Notes under the pieces: model-generated | What the model was told of the DNA's origin: nothing | What the model saw: only the letters and a program-made list of their open reading frames with translations | The model's database searches: none | Shown here: positions 26,304-37,600 of the stretch, in pieces | How the letters are laid out: each line of letters starts with the position of its first letter | Numbering within the stretch: the first letter of the stretch is position 1 | Position numbers and translations under genes: made by a program | From: Ranitomeya imitator | Taxonomy: Eukaryota | Direction of reading: 5' to 3' | Length of the DNA stretch: 64,000 nucleotides | Assembly (NCBI RefSeq): GCF_032444005.1 | Contig: NC_091283.1 | Span: forward strand, 311,364,001-311,428,000

Positions 26304-27010
26304 CAAAAAAAGGGGAGAAGCCAGCGCAGCCTAAGGTTAAGACGCAATACATGAAGTGCAAATGCACATATTAATTTCTAACTGTATTTTCAAAATGAGA
26401 CATTTAGCAAACAATTGATCAATTCTTTGAGCCACCCGGCCTCTTCACGGCAATCTCATATTGGGGCAGTCCTACACTACGTTTTTTATATTCGCTGTGC
26501 CATAAAGGCCTCCTAAATGAACTAAATGCAAGACCACATTAAAAACATGCTGTACCTGGAGCATATACTGAGTCACCCCCTGCCCTGCCTCAGGCTTTGT
26601 TTAATTATGCACCTGTGCCTCAGCCTGTTTCACTCTTCATCTGTGGCTCTGGATGGGCAGTGTGGAGGTTGGATCCGAAATGTCTGTCAGGACCTGGTCA
26701 ACCTTTATCCTCGCTTGCCTACTCTGGCGCCATGGGGGTGACTCAGTATATGCTCCAGGTACAGCATGTTTTTAATGTGGTCTTGCATTTAGTTCATTTA
26801 GGAGGCCTTTATGGCACAGCGAATATAAAAAACGTAGTGTAGGACTGCCCCAATATGAGATTGCCGTGAAGAGGCGGGGTGGCTCAAAGAATTGATCAAT
26901 TGTTTGCTAAATGTCTCATTTTGAAAATACAGTTAGAAATTAATATGTGCATATGCACTTTATGTATTGCGTCTTAACCTTAGGCTGCGCTGGCTTCTCC
27001 CCTTTTTTGC
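26304..27010. mobile_element. Fold-back insertion A (~277-bp inverted arms, 154-bp spacer, 14-bp TSD)
   Basis: Arms 26302-26579 and 26734-27011; aacattatactgtg duplicated at 26290-26303 and 27011-27024. Confidence 0.75.
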
Positions 27011-28025
27011 AACATTATACTGTGTGTGGAGGAGATGGAGGTACTGTGGGAACATTATATTGTGTGGGGGGATGGTGATACTGTATGAACATTATACTTT
27101 GTGGTGGGGATGGTGGTACTGTGGGAACATTATACTGTGTGGGGAGATGGAGGTACTGTGGGAACATTATACTGTGTGGAGGAGCTGGTGGTACTGTGGG
27201 AACATTATATTGTGTGGGGGGATGGTGGTACTGTGGGAACATTATACTATGTGGTGGGGATGGTGGTACTGTGGGAACATTATACTGTGTGGGGAGGATG
27301 GTGGTACAGTGGGAACATTATACCATGTGGGGGGGATGGTGGTACTGTGGGAACATTATACTGTGTGGAGGAGATGGTGGTACTGTGGGAACATTATACT
27401 GTGTGGAGGAGATGGTGATACTGTGGGAACATTATACTGTGTGGTGGGGATGGTGGTACTGTGGGAACATTATACTGTGTGGGGAGGATGGTGGTACAGT
27501 GGGAACATTATACTGTGTGATGGGGATGGTGGTACAGTTGGAGCATTATACTTTGTGGGGGGGGATGGTGTTACTGTGGGAACATTATACTGTGTGGAGG
27601 AGATGGTGGTACTGTGGGAACATTATACTGTGTGGAGGAGATGGTGGTACAGTGGGAACATTATACTGTGTGGGGGGTGGTGGTACTGTGGGAACATTAT
27701 ACTGTGTGGGGAGGACGGTGGTACAGTGGGAACATTATACTGTGTGGTGGGGATGGTGGTACTGTGGGAACATTATATTGTGTGGAGGAGATGGTGGTAC
27801 TGTGGGAACATTATACTGTGTGGAGGAGATGGTGGTACAGTGGGAACATTATACTGTGTGGGGGGAATGGTGGTACTGTGGGAACATTATACTGTGTGGG
27901 GAGGATGGTGGTACAGTGGGAACATTATACTGTGTGGAGGAGATGGTGGTACTGTGGGAACATTATACTGTGTGGAGAAGATGGTGGTACTGTGGGAACA
28001 TTATACTATGTGGGGAGGATGGTGT
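27011..28025. repeat. 38-bp minisatellite (gatggtggtactgtgggaacattatactgtgtggagga)n, about 26 copies
   Basis: Direct reading; a partial first monomer lies at 26280-26303, on the other side of insertion A. Confidence 0.9.
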
Positions 28026-28933
28026 GTGGGGGCCAAGAAAGATGCACCATACTATGAGAGTAATACATGTTTCCTTGGTTCCCGTCTTTCATAGTTGGGT
28101 CATTTGTATCTATTAGCGGAAAAGGATCAAAACCATTGATTCTTATAATGCGGCAGCACAAAACCCCCTAAATACATTTTTTTATAACAACCCCACAATC
28201 TGTGACTCTTCAGGGTAAATCGCTATCTCACCATTGGATTAGAGCTGACCCATCACTTTTGGCTATTATGGCATGCTCCTACTTATGGTCCCCTGATGAG
28301 CCCCGATAACAGGAGGGACCAGGGACTACTGGCTACTCTGGCTATTTCAACCAGATAAATGATCTACTATGATCTTTTTCTGCAATATGACAAATGAACA
28401 ATCTATGATCTCTAAATTAAGGCTTGGTTATTAGTGTAAGCTACACCACTGGAATTCTATATGAATGGTGTTCAATGAATTCTCTATTACCTTTTAGAAA
28501 TTTTGCATGCACCCTAGCTCTTTTTGGAGGGTGCATGATGCACTGTCTCTGAAGTATAATTTGTATGCAACCCTGTGCAGGGTACCTAATGCATTGTCTA
28601 GGATATAAAAAGTAATCTTGTTTTTTTGTTTTTGGTACCTATTTTTAGGGTGCTTTATGCATTGTTAATTATAAGAAATCTTGTCCTAAAGGGAGGGTGT
28701 ATATAGTGGTGGAGATCTATTGTAGACATTGAATCACTTCTGCACTTTACTGAACATCTTGCCATGGTTCAAAGGTGAAGACAACTATCTTTATTTGGAA
28801 AGGGTTTATATACTTACATTATCACATGTTAAAAAAAACCCTTGAGTACTATAAGAGGTAGTGCATGTAAAGGAGTGGAGCTCTATTGTTTACATTAAAT
28901 CACCTATGCACTTTACTATTTGGATATGCTTTA

Positions 28934-29663
28934 GGGTACCGTCACATTAAGCGACGCTGCAGCGATATAGGCAACGATGCCGATCGCTGCAGCATCGCTG
29001 TTTCGTCGTTGTGTGGTTGCTGGAGAGCTGTCACACAGACAGCTCTCCAGCGACCAACGATCCCGAAATCCCCTGGTAACCAGGGTAAACATCGGGTTAC
29101 TAAGCGCAGGGCCGCGCTTAGTAACCCAATGTTTACCCTGGTTACCATTGTAAATGTAAAAAAAAACAAACAGTACATACTTACATTCCGGTGTCTGTCC
29201 CCCTGCCTCAGCTTCCCGCAGTGTGTCAGCGCCGGCCGTAAAGCAGAGCGGTGACGTCACCGCTGTGCTTTACGACCGGCGCTCACAGTCAGTTCAGGAA
29301 GCTGACGGCGAGGGGACAGACACCGGAATGTAAGTATGTAGTGTTTGGTTTTTTTTACATTTAAAATGGTAACCAGGGTAAACATCGGGTTACTAAGCAC
29401 GGCCATGCGCTTAGTAACCCAATGTTTACCCTGGTTACCAGTGAAGACATCGCTGAATCAGCGTCACACACGACGATTCAGCGATGTCTGCGGGAGATCC
29501 AGCGACAAAATAAAGTTCTGGCCTTTCTGCTCCGACCAACGATGTCCCAGCAGGATCCAGATCGCTGCTGCGTGTCAAACACAACGATATCGCTATCCAG
29601 GATGCTGCAACGTCACGGATCGCTAGCGATATCATTGTTAAGTTGTTCAGTGTGAAGGTACCT
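28934..29663. mobile_element. PIF/Harbinger-type MITE, copy 1 (730 bp)
   Basis: TIR gggtaccgtcaca / tgtgaaggtacct; 3-bp TTA at 28931-28933 and 29664-29666; internal palindromes. Confidence 0.7.
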
Positions 29664-29666
29664 TTA

Positions 29667-30381
29667 AGGTACCGTCACACTGGACGATATCGCTAGCGAT
29701 CCGTGACGTTGCAGCGTCCTGGCTAGCGATATCGTTCAGTTTGACACGCAGCAGCGATCAGAATCCTGCTGTGATGTCGTTGGTCGCTGCAGAAAGTCCA
29801 GAACTTTATTTCGTCGCTGGACTCCCTGCAGACATCGCTGAATCGGCATGTGTGACACCGATTCAGCGATGTCTTCGCTGGTAACCAGGGTAAACATCGG
29901 GTTACTAAGCGCAGGGCCGCGCTTAGTAACCCGATGTTTACCCTGGTTACCAGCGTAAAAGTAAAAAAAAAAAAAACACTACATACTTACATTCCGCTGT
30001 CTGTCCCTCGGCGCTCTGCTTCTCTGCCCTGTGTAAGCACAGCGGCCGGAAAGCAGAGCGGTGACGTCACCGCTCTGCTTTCCGGCCGCTGTGCTCACAG
30101 TCAGTACAGGAAAGTACAGCACCGGGGACAGACAGCAGAAGGTAAGTATGCAGTGTTTGTTTTTTTTTTACTTTTACGCTGGTAACCAGGGTAAACATCG
30201 GGTTACTAAGCGCGGCCCTGCGCTTAGTAACCCGATGTTTACCCTGGTTACCGGGGACCTCGGGATCGTTGGTCGCTGGAGAGCTGTCTGTGTGACAGCT
30301 CTCCAGCGACCAAACAGCGACGCTGCAGCGATCCGGATCGTTGTCGGTATCGCTGCAGCGTCGCTTAGTGTGACGGTACCT
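29667..30381. mobile_element. PIF/Harbinger-type MITE, copy 2 (715 bp), inverted relative to copy 1
   Basis: TIR aggtaccgtcacact / agtgtgacggtacct; TTA at 29664-29666 and 30382-30384. Confidence 0.7.
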
Positions 30382-31611
30382 TTAGAGGTGAAGATAACTA
30401 TCCTTATCTTGAAAGGGTTTACATAGTTACATTATTATATGTAAAAAAAAAAACTTCAGTACTATAAAAGAGTCTAGAGACTATCAGCGAGATTATATTT
30501 TGTTTCATTTGTGTGCATGTTGCGTAATATTGGTACGGGTTTAGTAATAGGGGCCTGCAGGGATTTCAAGGGACAGCCGATGTGGAGTGGGGGCGCCACA
30601 TCGAATTTTATAGTGCCAACCTCCGCTGTTAGGCAGGCTGTCAGCTTATTAGGGCATGTATAGGGTCAGTGTGAGGACTGTATCATTACACTGTCCACTA
30701 TTTCCTGGCAATATTCCCTTGATCTAAACCTTTGGGAGGTGCGATTTGCTTTTGTTAAGAATTGAGAATTTTTCTAAGAAATGTTTTAATCCTAAACTAA
30801 AGTGACTAAACAGACTTTCTGTCACCTCCATAAAGGGGCACTTTTCCGTGTTTATCAGAACTTTCTGAGGATTATTAGAGGTGATAGTTTTCCCCCCAAT
30901 TAGAAGGGACACCGGTGGATATTGGGGTCTTTACCTGCTACAGCTCTCGTGGGATTTACTTGGTAAAGTGCTGAAATAACTTTCTCCCATAGGGTTAAAT
31001 GGCGTCTGTAACTTCAATGTCTTTCTATGAAGCTTTTTCTCTGAACTTTCTTCCTCTGTTTTCTGCCGTATTTCTATTACTCTCCGGAATCAAGAATTAT
31101 TAAGTCCTATAGAAACTGCGGAGAAAGAATCATTTCTAATTCCGTGCTTCCAGGATTCTTCTTGTGGGAATTGGCTGCGATATCCCCTGTGCAATATATT
31201 TCTAGTATTAATCCTGTCACTCTATGGAGGTGCAGTGGTTGTATGTTATTTCCCCTTTGTTGTTTCTTGTGTCATTTATTATCTTTATGTCACATTTGTG
31301 TATTGGTTCTGACATTTGGTATCCTCTTGTCATGTGACAATCCCTATATAAGGAACACCCAAGGTACATGACACGTGCTTAAAAAAGGCGTCCGACCCCA
31401 GAACGTGGTAACAGGTGCGTTTTCACACTTTAACTCCCTTTTCATGATGTCTCCATAAAACGCTATTTATGCCGACAGTTGATGGATCTCTCATCACGGT
31501 TCTGACAAGATCTTCTCCTGGATTGTTTAATAGGACTTACAGGTGGAGCCGATCCAGAAAGCAGAAGATCCAGAGAGTATTCGCCACATATTGCTGCAAA
31601 TTCCCTGAAGT

Positions 31612-33148
31612 ATATCAACATATTACTCAACTAAGCCGGTAAATTAAACCGAATGCTGAGTAAAAAAGTGTCTTGTACTTATTTTATATAAAAAAAATAC
31701 AACTTTATTGAAAGACATATTACACATAGAAGAATGATTAAAACAATACCTCTGAACCACAATAAACAGAATAGCTGACAGGTAGACGTATTAAACAAAT
31801 TTTGCTAAACAGATAACCCGTAACTAAAACAACTGATTTTAAATAGAATAATGTCCATATAAAAAGACCAAAATTGGGTTGTTTTATCATGTGAACATGT
31901 CACCTGCTGTAAGTAAGTAACATAATACTTGGTAACCCTAATGTCATAGCCATAGTGCTTCTATATATAAACAATGAGCTAGTCAGCCGTATAACAATAG
32001 CAATCAAGAGACCGACTCCGGTATATAAATAACAATAGGTGACCGCTAAATAAGTCTAATATTACAACAAAAGACACTAAGTCTATGAGGGATACAAAGC
32101 ACAGATCCTTTTGTACATAAACGGGGCTCAATTACCATGCAGCACACACTGAATTCACCTGCTGCTCACATATATATATACCTACGGATCAAGCTTGCAT
32201 ATGATTAACAGGTGACCCTTCAATGGAACCAAATATAACCGGCAACAGATGCCTACAGGATGACAACGCTAAATAAATCGGTAAGATGCATATTACCTCA
32301 ATATAGGGAACACGCCCCCAGGAGGAAGCTGTCGCGAAACGCGCGTCGGGGTCTGACAAGGAGTAGCGTGCCACGCGGCTGCTAACAGAGATTCCCTATA
32401 TTGAGGTAATATGCATCTTACCGATTTATTTAGCGTTGTCATCCTGTAGGCATCTGTTGCCGGTTATATTTGGTTCCATTGAAGGGTCACCTGTTAGATC
32501 ATATGCAAGCTTGATCCGTAGGTATATATATACGTGAGCAGCAGGTGAATTCAGTGTGTGCTGCATGGTAATTGAGCCCCGTTTATGTACAAAAGGATCT
32601 GTGCTTTGTATCCCTCATAGACTTAGTGTCTTTTGTTGTAATATTAGACTTATTTAGCGGTCACCTATTGTTATTTATATACCGGAGTCGGTCTCTTGAT
32701 TGCTATTGTTATACGGCTGACTAGCTCATTGTTTATATATAGAAGCACTATGGCTATGACATTAGAGTTACCAAGTATTATGTTACTTACTTACAGCAGG
32801 TGACATGTTCACATGATAAAACAACCCAATTTTGGTCTTTTTATATGGACATTATTCTATTTAAAATCAGTTGTTTTAGTCACGGGTTATCTGTTTAGCA
32901 AAATTTGTTTAATACGTCTACCTGTCAGCTATTCTGTTTATTGTGGTTCAGAGGTATTGTTTTAATCATTCTTCTATGTGTAATATGTCTTTCAATAAAG
33001 TTGTATTTTTTTATATAAAATAAGTACAAGACACTTTTTTACTCAGCATTCGGTTTAATTTACCGGCTTAGTTGAGTAATATGTTGATATACTTAGTTAA
33101 GTGTCGCCCGCCCCATATGTGAAGGTATGGGCTTGGGTTATATGTTTA
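31612..33148 (+). mobile_element. Fold-back insertion B, PLE-derived (~703-bp arms, 81-bp spacer, 54-bp tail, 15-bp TSD)
   Basis: Arms 31608-32310 and 32392-33094; caaattccctgaagt at 31597-31611 and 33149-33163; hammerhead-like motif in the spacer. Confidence 0.75.
32315..32351 (+). ncRNA. Decayed hammerhead ribozyme motif
   Basis: cccc CAGGAGGA a gc-tgtc-gc GAAAC gcgc GTC gggg; the 3' half is identical to the intact motif at 60176-60191, the core is altered. Confidence 0.5.
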
Positions 33149-33661
33149 CAAATTCCCTGAAGTGTTGTCAATTGTATCCACTAGTGATGAGCGAGAACTA
33201 AAATGCTTGAGTGCGCGTTATTCGAATCAAGCAGGTTGGACGCATGGACTCGAGTACTGAGTATAGTGAAAGTCAATGGGAAAGCATTTTACCAGAAGAC
33301 CCCAGCAGGAGGGCTAGGGGGGCTGGAAAATCCTGAAATGTTTGAAATCACTGTTCAAATGGAATGGGAACAGCATGGTGAAGACGCCTGAACACACATC
33401 AGACTGGTTACTAAATAAATAAATAATGTAAAAAATCACATGGGGTCCTTTCCCATTTTTGATAACTACACAGCTGACATCTACCCTCCAAAATATTACC
33501 CTGATTGCCCGTGCACCCGGAAAAAAGCCAGGCAAAATGCCAGGATTGATACATCTAATGTAATGCGCCAATTTTGGGGCTGATGTGGGCTGGTATTTTT
33601 AGGCTCGAAAGGGGCTTTTTTTTTACTAATTATATAATAGGTTTAAAAAAGTTAACCCCTT

Positions 33662-34623
33662 TGTGAGGAGTCGAGTTTCCTCTGCTGCACAGGGGGAATC
33701 TCGATCCGTCTCCGCTGCGGTCTCCCATTCTCCTCCAGCCGCAGTGGAGCCTGCTCAGCAGGGACATCGATCCCAGCGTCTCGCTCAGTCTGACTCTGTG
33801 AGAAGAGTTACTGCTGCTTCTCCAGCTTCTGCCTTTAAAGCCAATACTGGTCAGCAGCGAGTGGACTTCTCTGGGACTAAGTCCTTGTCTGCGCACACTG
33901 AGCATGCCCAGGGCAAGATCTCCCGTTGGAGATCAAGGGTCATGTGCTCAGACTCTGCAGCGCATTCTATTGGTCCTCTTGGCAGGTCTTGGAAGGGCAA
34001 AGTTTCTGTGGCCGCTTCCTGTCCTGCAGCTATATAAACTGCGCATGACCGCACGGCCATGCGCTAGTGTACAACTTTATACGTGTGTTTGTTGTGAGTG
34101 CAAGTCGTCCTTTAAATACCCCTACCCTACTGTATGATTGTTCGCGTATGGTGTATGGCTGCTATCTAGCGCCCGACTTAACACTCAACGTGTCACACAC
34201 GTGTCAGCGTCCTCTGCTGTGACCGCCAGTGCGGCGCCACGCGCCTGTGTGCGCTTCCTGACCCATGTCTGGGTACTTAGTGGTGCCTGCCAGCACGGCA
34301 CAGTTTGCACTTCGGTGCCTCTATTGTATATACTTTTCACACCCAGTTGTGGTGTAGTGCCAGCAAGGGTCTAATCGGACTACTATCCCTGTTGGGGTCT
34401 AGTTCGCTGACCACTTGCTCGCGCTCTATGTGCGGTACCGCGATCCTGTGATGCAACAGGATCGCTTTCTTCACGCTGGGTGAGGTTTAACCCACGCGTG
34501 TATACTTATGAGTACCGCCATATCGTCTGTCATGTCCTAGCAGCAGGTTTCACCTGCACGGTGGACCCCGGACTGCGAACGCATCCATTACATCTCTCTT
34601 GGTGCGTTCCGCCAGTCCTAACA
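33662..34623 (+). repeat. 5' LTR (962 bp)
   Basis: About 6 differences from the 3' LTR by eye (4 substitutions and two 1-bp indels). Confidence 0.95.
34031..34038 (+). promoter_or_regulatory. TATA box of the LTR promoter
   Basis: TATATAAA, 30 nt upstream of the 11-mer complementary to the primer-binding site. Confidence 0.7.
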
Positions 34624-34624
34624 T

Positions 34625-34635
34625 TACACTAGCGC
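34625..34635 (+). promoter_or_regulatory. Self-priming primer-binding site (no tRNA complement)
   Basis: tacactagcgc is the exact reverse complement of gcgctagtgta at 34061-34071. Confidence 0.8.
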
Positions 34636-34651
34636 CAGGGTCTGGCTAGTG

Positions 34652-37600
34652 ATGACAGACATACAGCAATCTCTGTGGCATATCCAGCAGCTGGAGGGTA
34701 GGTTGGCGGCTCTCGAGAGCGCGACCTCAGCTGTGGATGTTACTGCAGTAGCTGTACAGGCTGCCAGCGTGGCTGCAGCTACTATGTCCATTGCCACCCC
34801 TGTTCCGACATTATCTCACCTCCCGCTGCCAGAAAAATTTTCTGGTGATAGCAAGTTTTGTAGGGGATTTGTGAGTCAGTGCTCTATTCATCTCGAGCTC
34901 CTGGCTACACGTTTTCCCACAGAGCGGGCTAAGGTGGGATTTATTTTGTCTCTATTGTCGGACAGGGCGTTGGAATGGGCTACGCCGCTGTGGGAGCGTG
35001 GCGATCATGTGGTGCAGAGTGCTCCGCTGTTTCTGAGCGCTCTGAAACAGGTCTTTTTAGGACCTCAAGTCACCCATGATACTGCGCTCCAATTGCTGGC
35101 ATTAACTCAGGGTGAGTCCTTGGTCAGTCATTTTGCCGTCCAATTCCGCACCTTAGCATCTGAGCTGGATTGGTCGGATAAAGCTCTTATCCCCATATTT
35201 TGGAGGGGCTTGGCTGACCACGTAAAGGACGCTCTGGCCACTAGGGAGATTCCTGCCACACTGGAGGAGTTAATAACTGTCTCCACTCGAATTGACCTCC
35301 GTTTTAACGAGCGGAGGTTAGAGCGAGCCCAGTGTAGGCAGAGGTTTCGGCTGGCTCCTACTTTTGCCAAACCTCTTGAATTTCCAGTCCTGGTTCCTGA
35401 GTCACATGAGGCCAGGGAGGTGTCACAAGCAGGATCTAAGTCCCGGACCGCTTGTGCACTCAGGGTCTGTCATGTTTGCCAGCAGTCAGGACATCTAGCC
35501 ACCAGATGTCCTCAGCGGTCGAGGAAACGTCAGCGTCTAGTGGTAGTTGGTGGAGGTACACTAGACATGGCGACGTTTGCCTCTAAGTTGTCCTTTAAGG
35601 GAACAATTACTATTGGCTCATTTTCCCACTCGGTAGAGCTCTGCGTGGATTCTGGGGCGGAGGGCAACTTTATGTCTTCTGCCTTCGCCCAACGTCACGC
35701 AATACCCTTGGTTATGCTTGCTCAACCAGTAACGGTGCGAGTGGTGAATGGGTCGACATTGCCCTCACAGATAACACACCAGACCATCCCTTTTACTCTG
35801 TCCATGTCGCCATCTCATCAGGAGATAATTTCTCTGCTCGTCATTCCGGAAGGAATTGATGAGATCCTGTTGGGAATACCTTGGCTACGGTACCACTCTC
35901 CTCATATCGAGTGGTCCTCAGGCAGAATTCTGGGTTGGGGTGAATCTTGTGGGGGTAGGTGTCAGAGGGAGTGCGTTCAGGTTGCTACTACTGAGGTATC
36001 CGCAGATCTATCCTCTCTCCCCAAGCAGTATTGGTCATATGCAGACGTATTCTCCAAAAAGGTGGCGGAGACCCTTCCGCCCCATCGCCCCTATGACTGT
36101 CCTATTGACCTCTTGCCTGGTGCTGAGCCTCCCCGGGGTCGAGTCTATCCGCTATCTCTCCCGGAGACGGAGGCAATGTCACAGTACATACAGGAAAATC
36201 TGGCAAGAGGGTTCATCAGGAAGTCAGTGTCACCTGCTGGGGCAGGGTTCTTCTTCGTGCAGAAGAAGAGTGGGGAATTGCGTCCATGCATAGACTACAG
36301 GGGTCTTAACGCCATCACCGTTAAGAATAAATACCCTTTGCCTTTGATATCTGAACTGTTCGATAGGCTTCGGGGAGCAAGGGTATTTACTAAATTAGAT
36401 CTGCGGGGTGCTTACAACCTGATTCGCATCCGTGAGGGGGACGAATGGAAGACGGCTTTTAACACCAGGGATGGGCACTATGAATATCTGGTGATGCCCT
36501 TTGGGCTCTGTAATGCCCCAGCCGTTTTCCAAGACTTTGTGAACGATATCTTCCGGGATATGCTTTCCACCTCGGTCGTAGTCTATCTGGATGATATTCT
36601 CATCTACTCTCCAGATATTGACTCCCACCGGAGAGATGTTTGCAAAGTCTTCGACCTCCTACGGGCAAACTCCCTCTATGCCAAGTTGGAGAAGTGCATG
36701 TTTGAGCAGGAGTCCTTACCTTTCCTAGGCTACATCATCTCTGCCCAGGGATTGGCTATGGATCCTGCCAAACTACAGGCTGTGATGGACTGGCAGGAAC
36801 CTCATTCTCTTAAAGCGGTGCAGCGCTTTATGGGGTTCATCAATTATTATCGCCAGTTCATCCCGCATTTCTCAACTTTGGTAGCTCCCTTGGTTGCCCT
36901 CACCAAGAAGGGGGCAAATCCTAAATTGTGGTCTGAGGAGGTCTCCAAGGCCTTTATCTCTATAAAGTCACACTTCGCTAGCGCTCCCATACTTCATCGC
37001 CCCGATGTTGATAAGCCATTTATCATGGAGGTGGATGCCTCTTCTGTTGGTGCTGGAGCAGTCCTCTTCCAAAAGGATGCTCAAGGTCGGAAGCATCCTT
37101 GCTTCTTTTTCTCCAAGACCTTCGCACCAGCAGAGAGGAATTATTCCATCGGGGACAGGGAGTTGCTAGCCATGAAGTTGGCTTTCTCGGAGTGGAGACA
37201 TCTCTTGGAGGGAGCACGTTTTCCCTTCCAAGTCTTCACAGATCACAAAAATTTGGTGCATCTGCAGACAGCTCAGCGGTTGAATTCTCGCCAGGCCAGA
37301 TGGTCCTTGTTCTTCTCCCGGTTTCATTTCACCCTCCATTTCCTTTCTGGGGAGAAGAACATTCGGGCCGATGCTCTCTCTCGCTCCGTTGTGTCATCTG
37401 CGGAGGAGGAGGAGGAGCCTCGGCTTATTGTCCCCACCGAGAGTTTGAGAACCGTGGCCCCGGTTTCGCTGGAGTCTGTGCCCCCGGGCAAGACTTTTGT
37501 TCCATCTAGTTTGCAGCCGGAGGTTCTCTCTTGGGCGCACTCATCCAGGGTGGGTGGACATTTTGGTACTAAAAGGACATCTGAGTTACTGGCGAGGACA

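Noticed and set aside
26640-26690. Possible hammerhead in the spacer of hairpin A (ggca gtgtgga gg..tcc GAAA tgtc tgtc)
   Set aside because: Three or more core mismatches are needed; not distinguishable from chance by eye.
26967-28116. 375-aa and 343-aa ORFs
   Set aside because: Stop-free translations of the 38-bp minisatellite.
30700-31590. Possible N-terminal PLE coding remnant on the minus strand (SHLPKV)
   Set aside because: A single short motif with many stops; not enough support.
33181-33450. tagtgatgagcga start resembling a DNA-transposon terminal repeat
   Set aside because: No matching second end or TSD was found in the window.
33630-34374. Several 70-125 aa ORFs in the LTR, repeated at 38671-39481
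   Set aside because: Incidental GC-rich LTR frames with no recognisable motifs; duplicated only because the LTR is duplicated.
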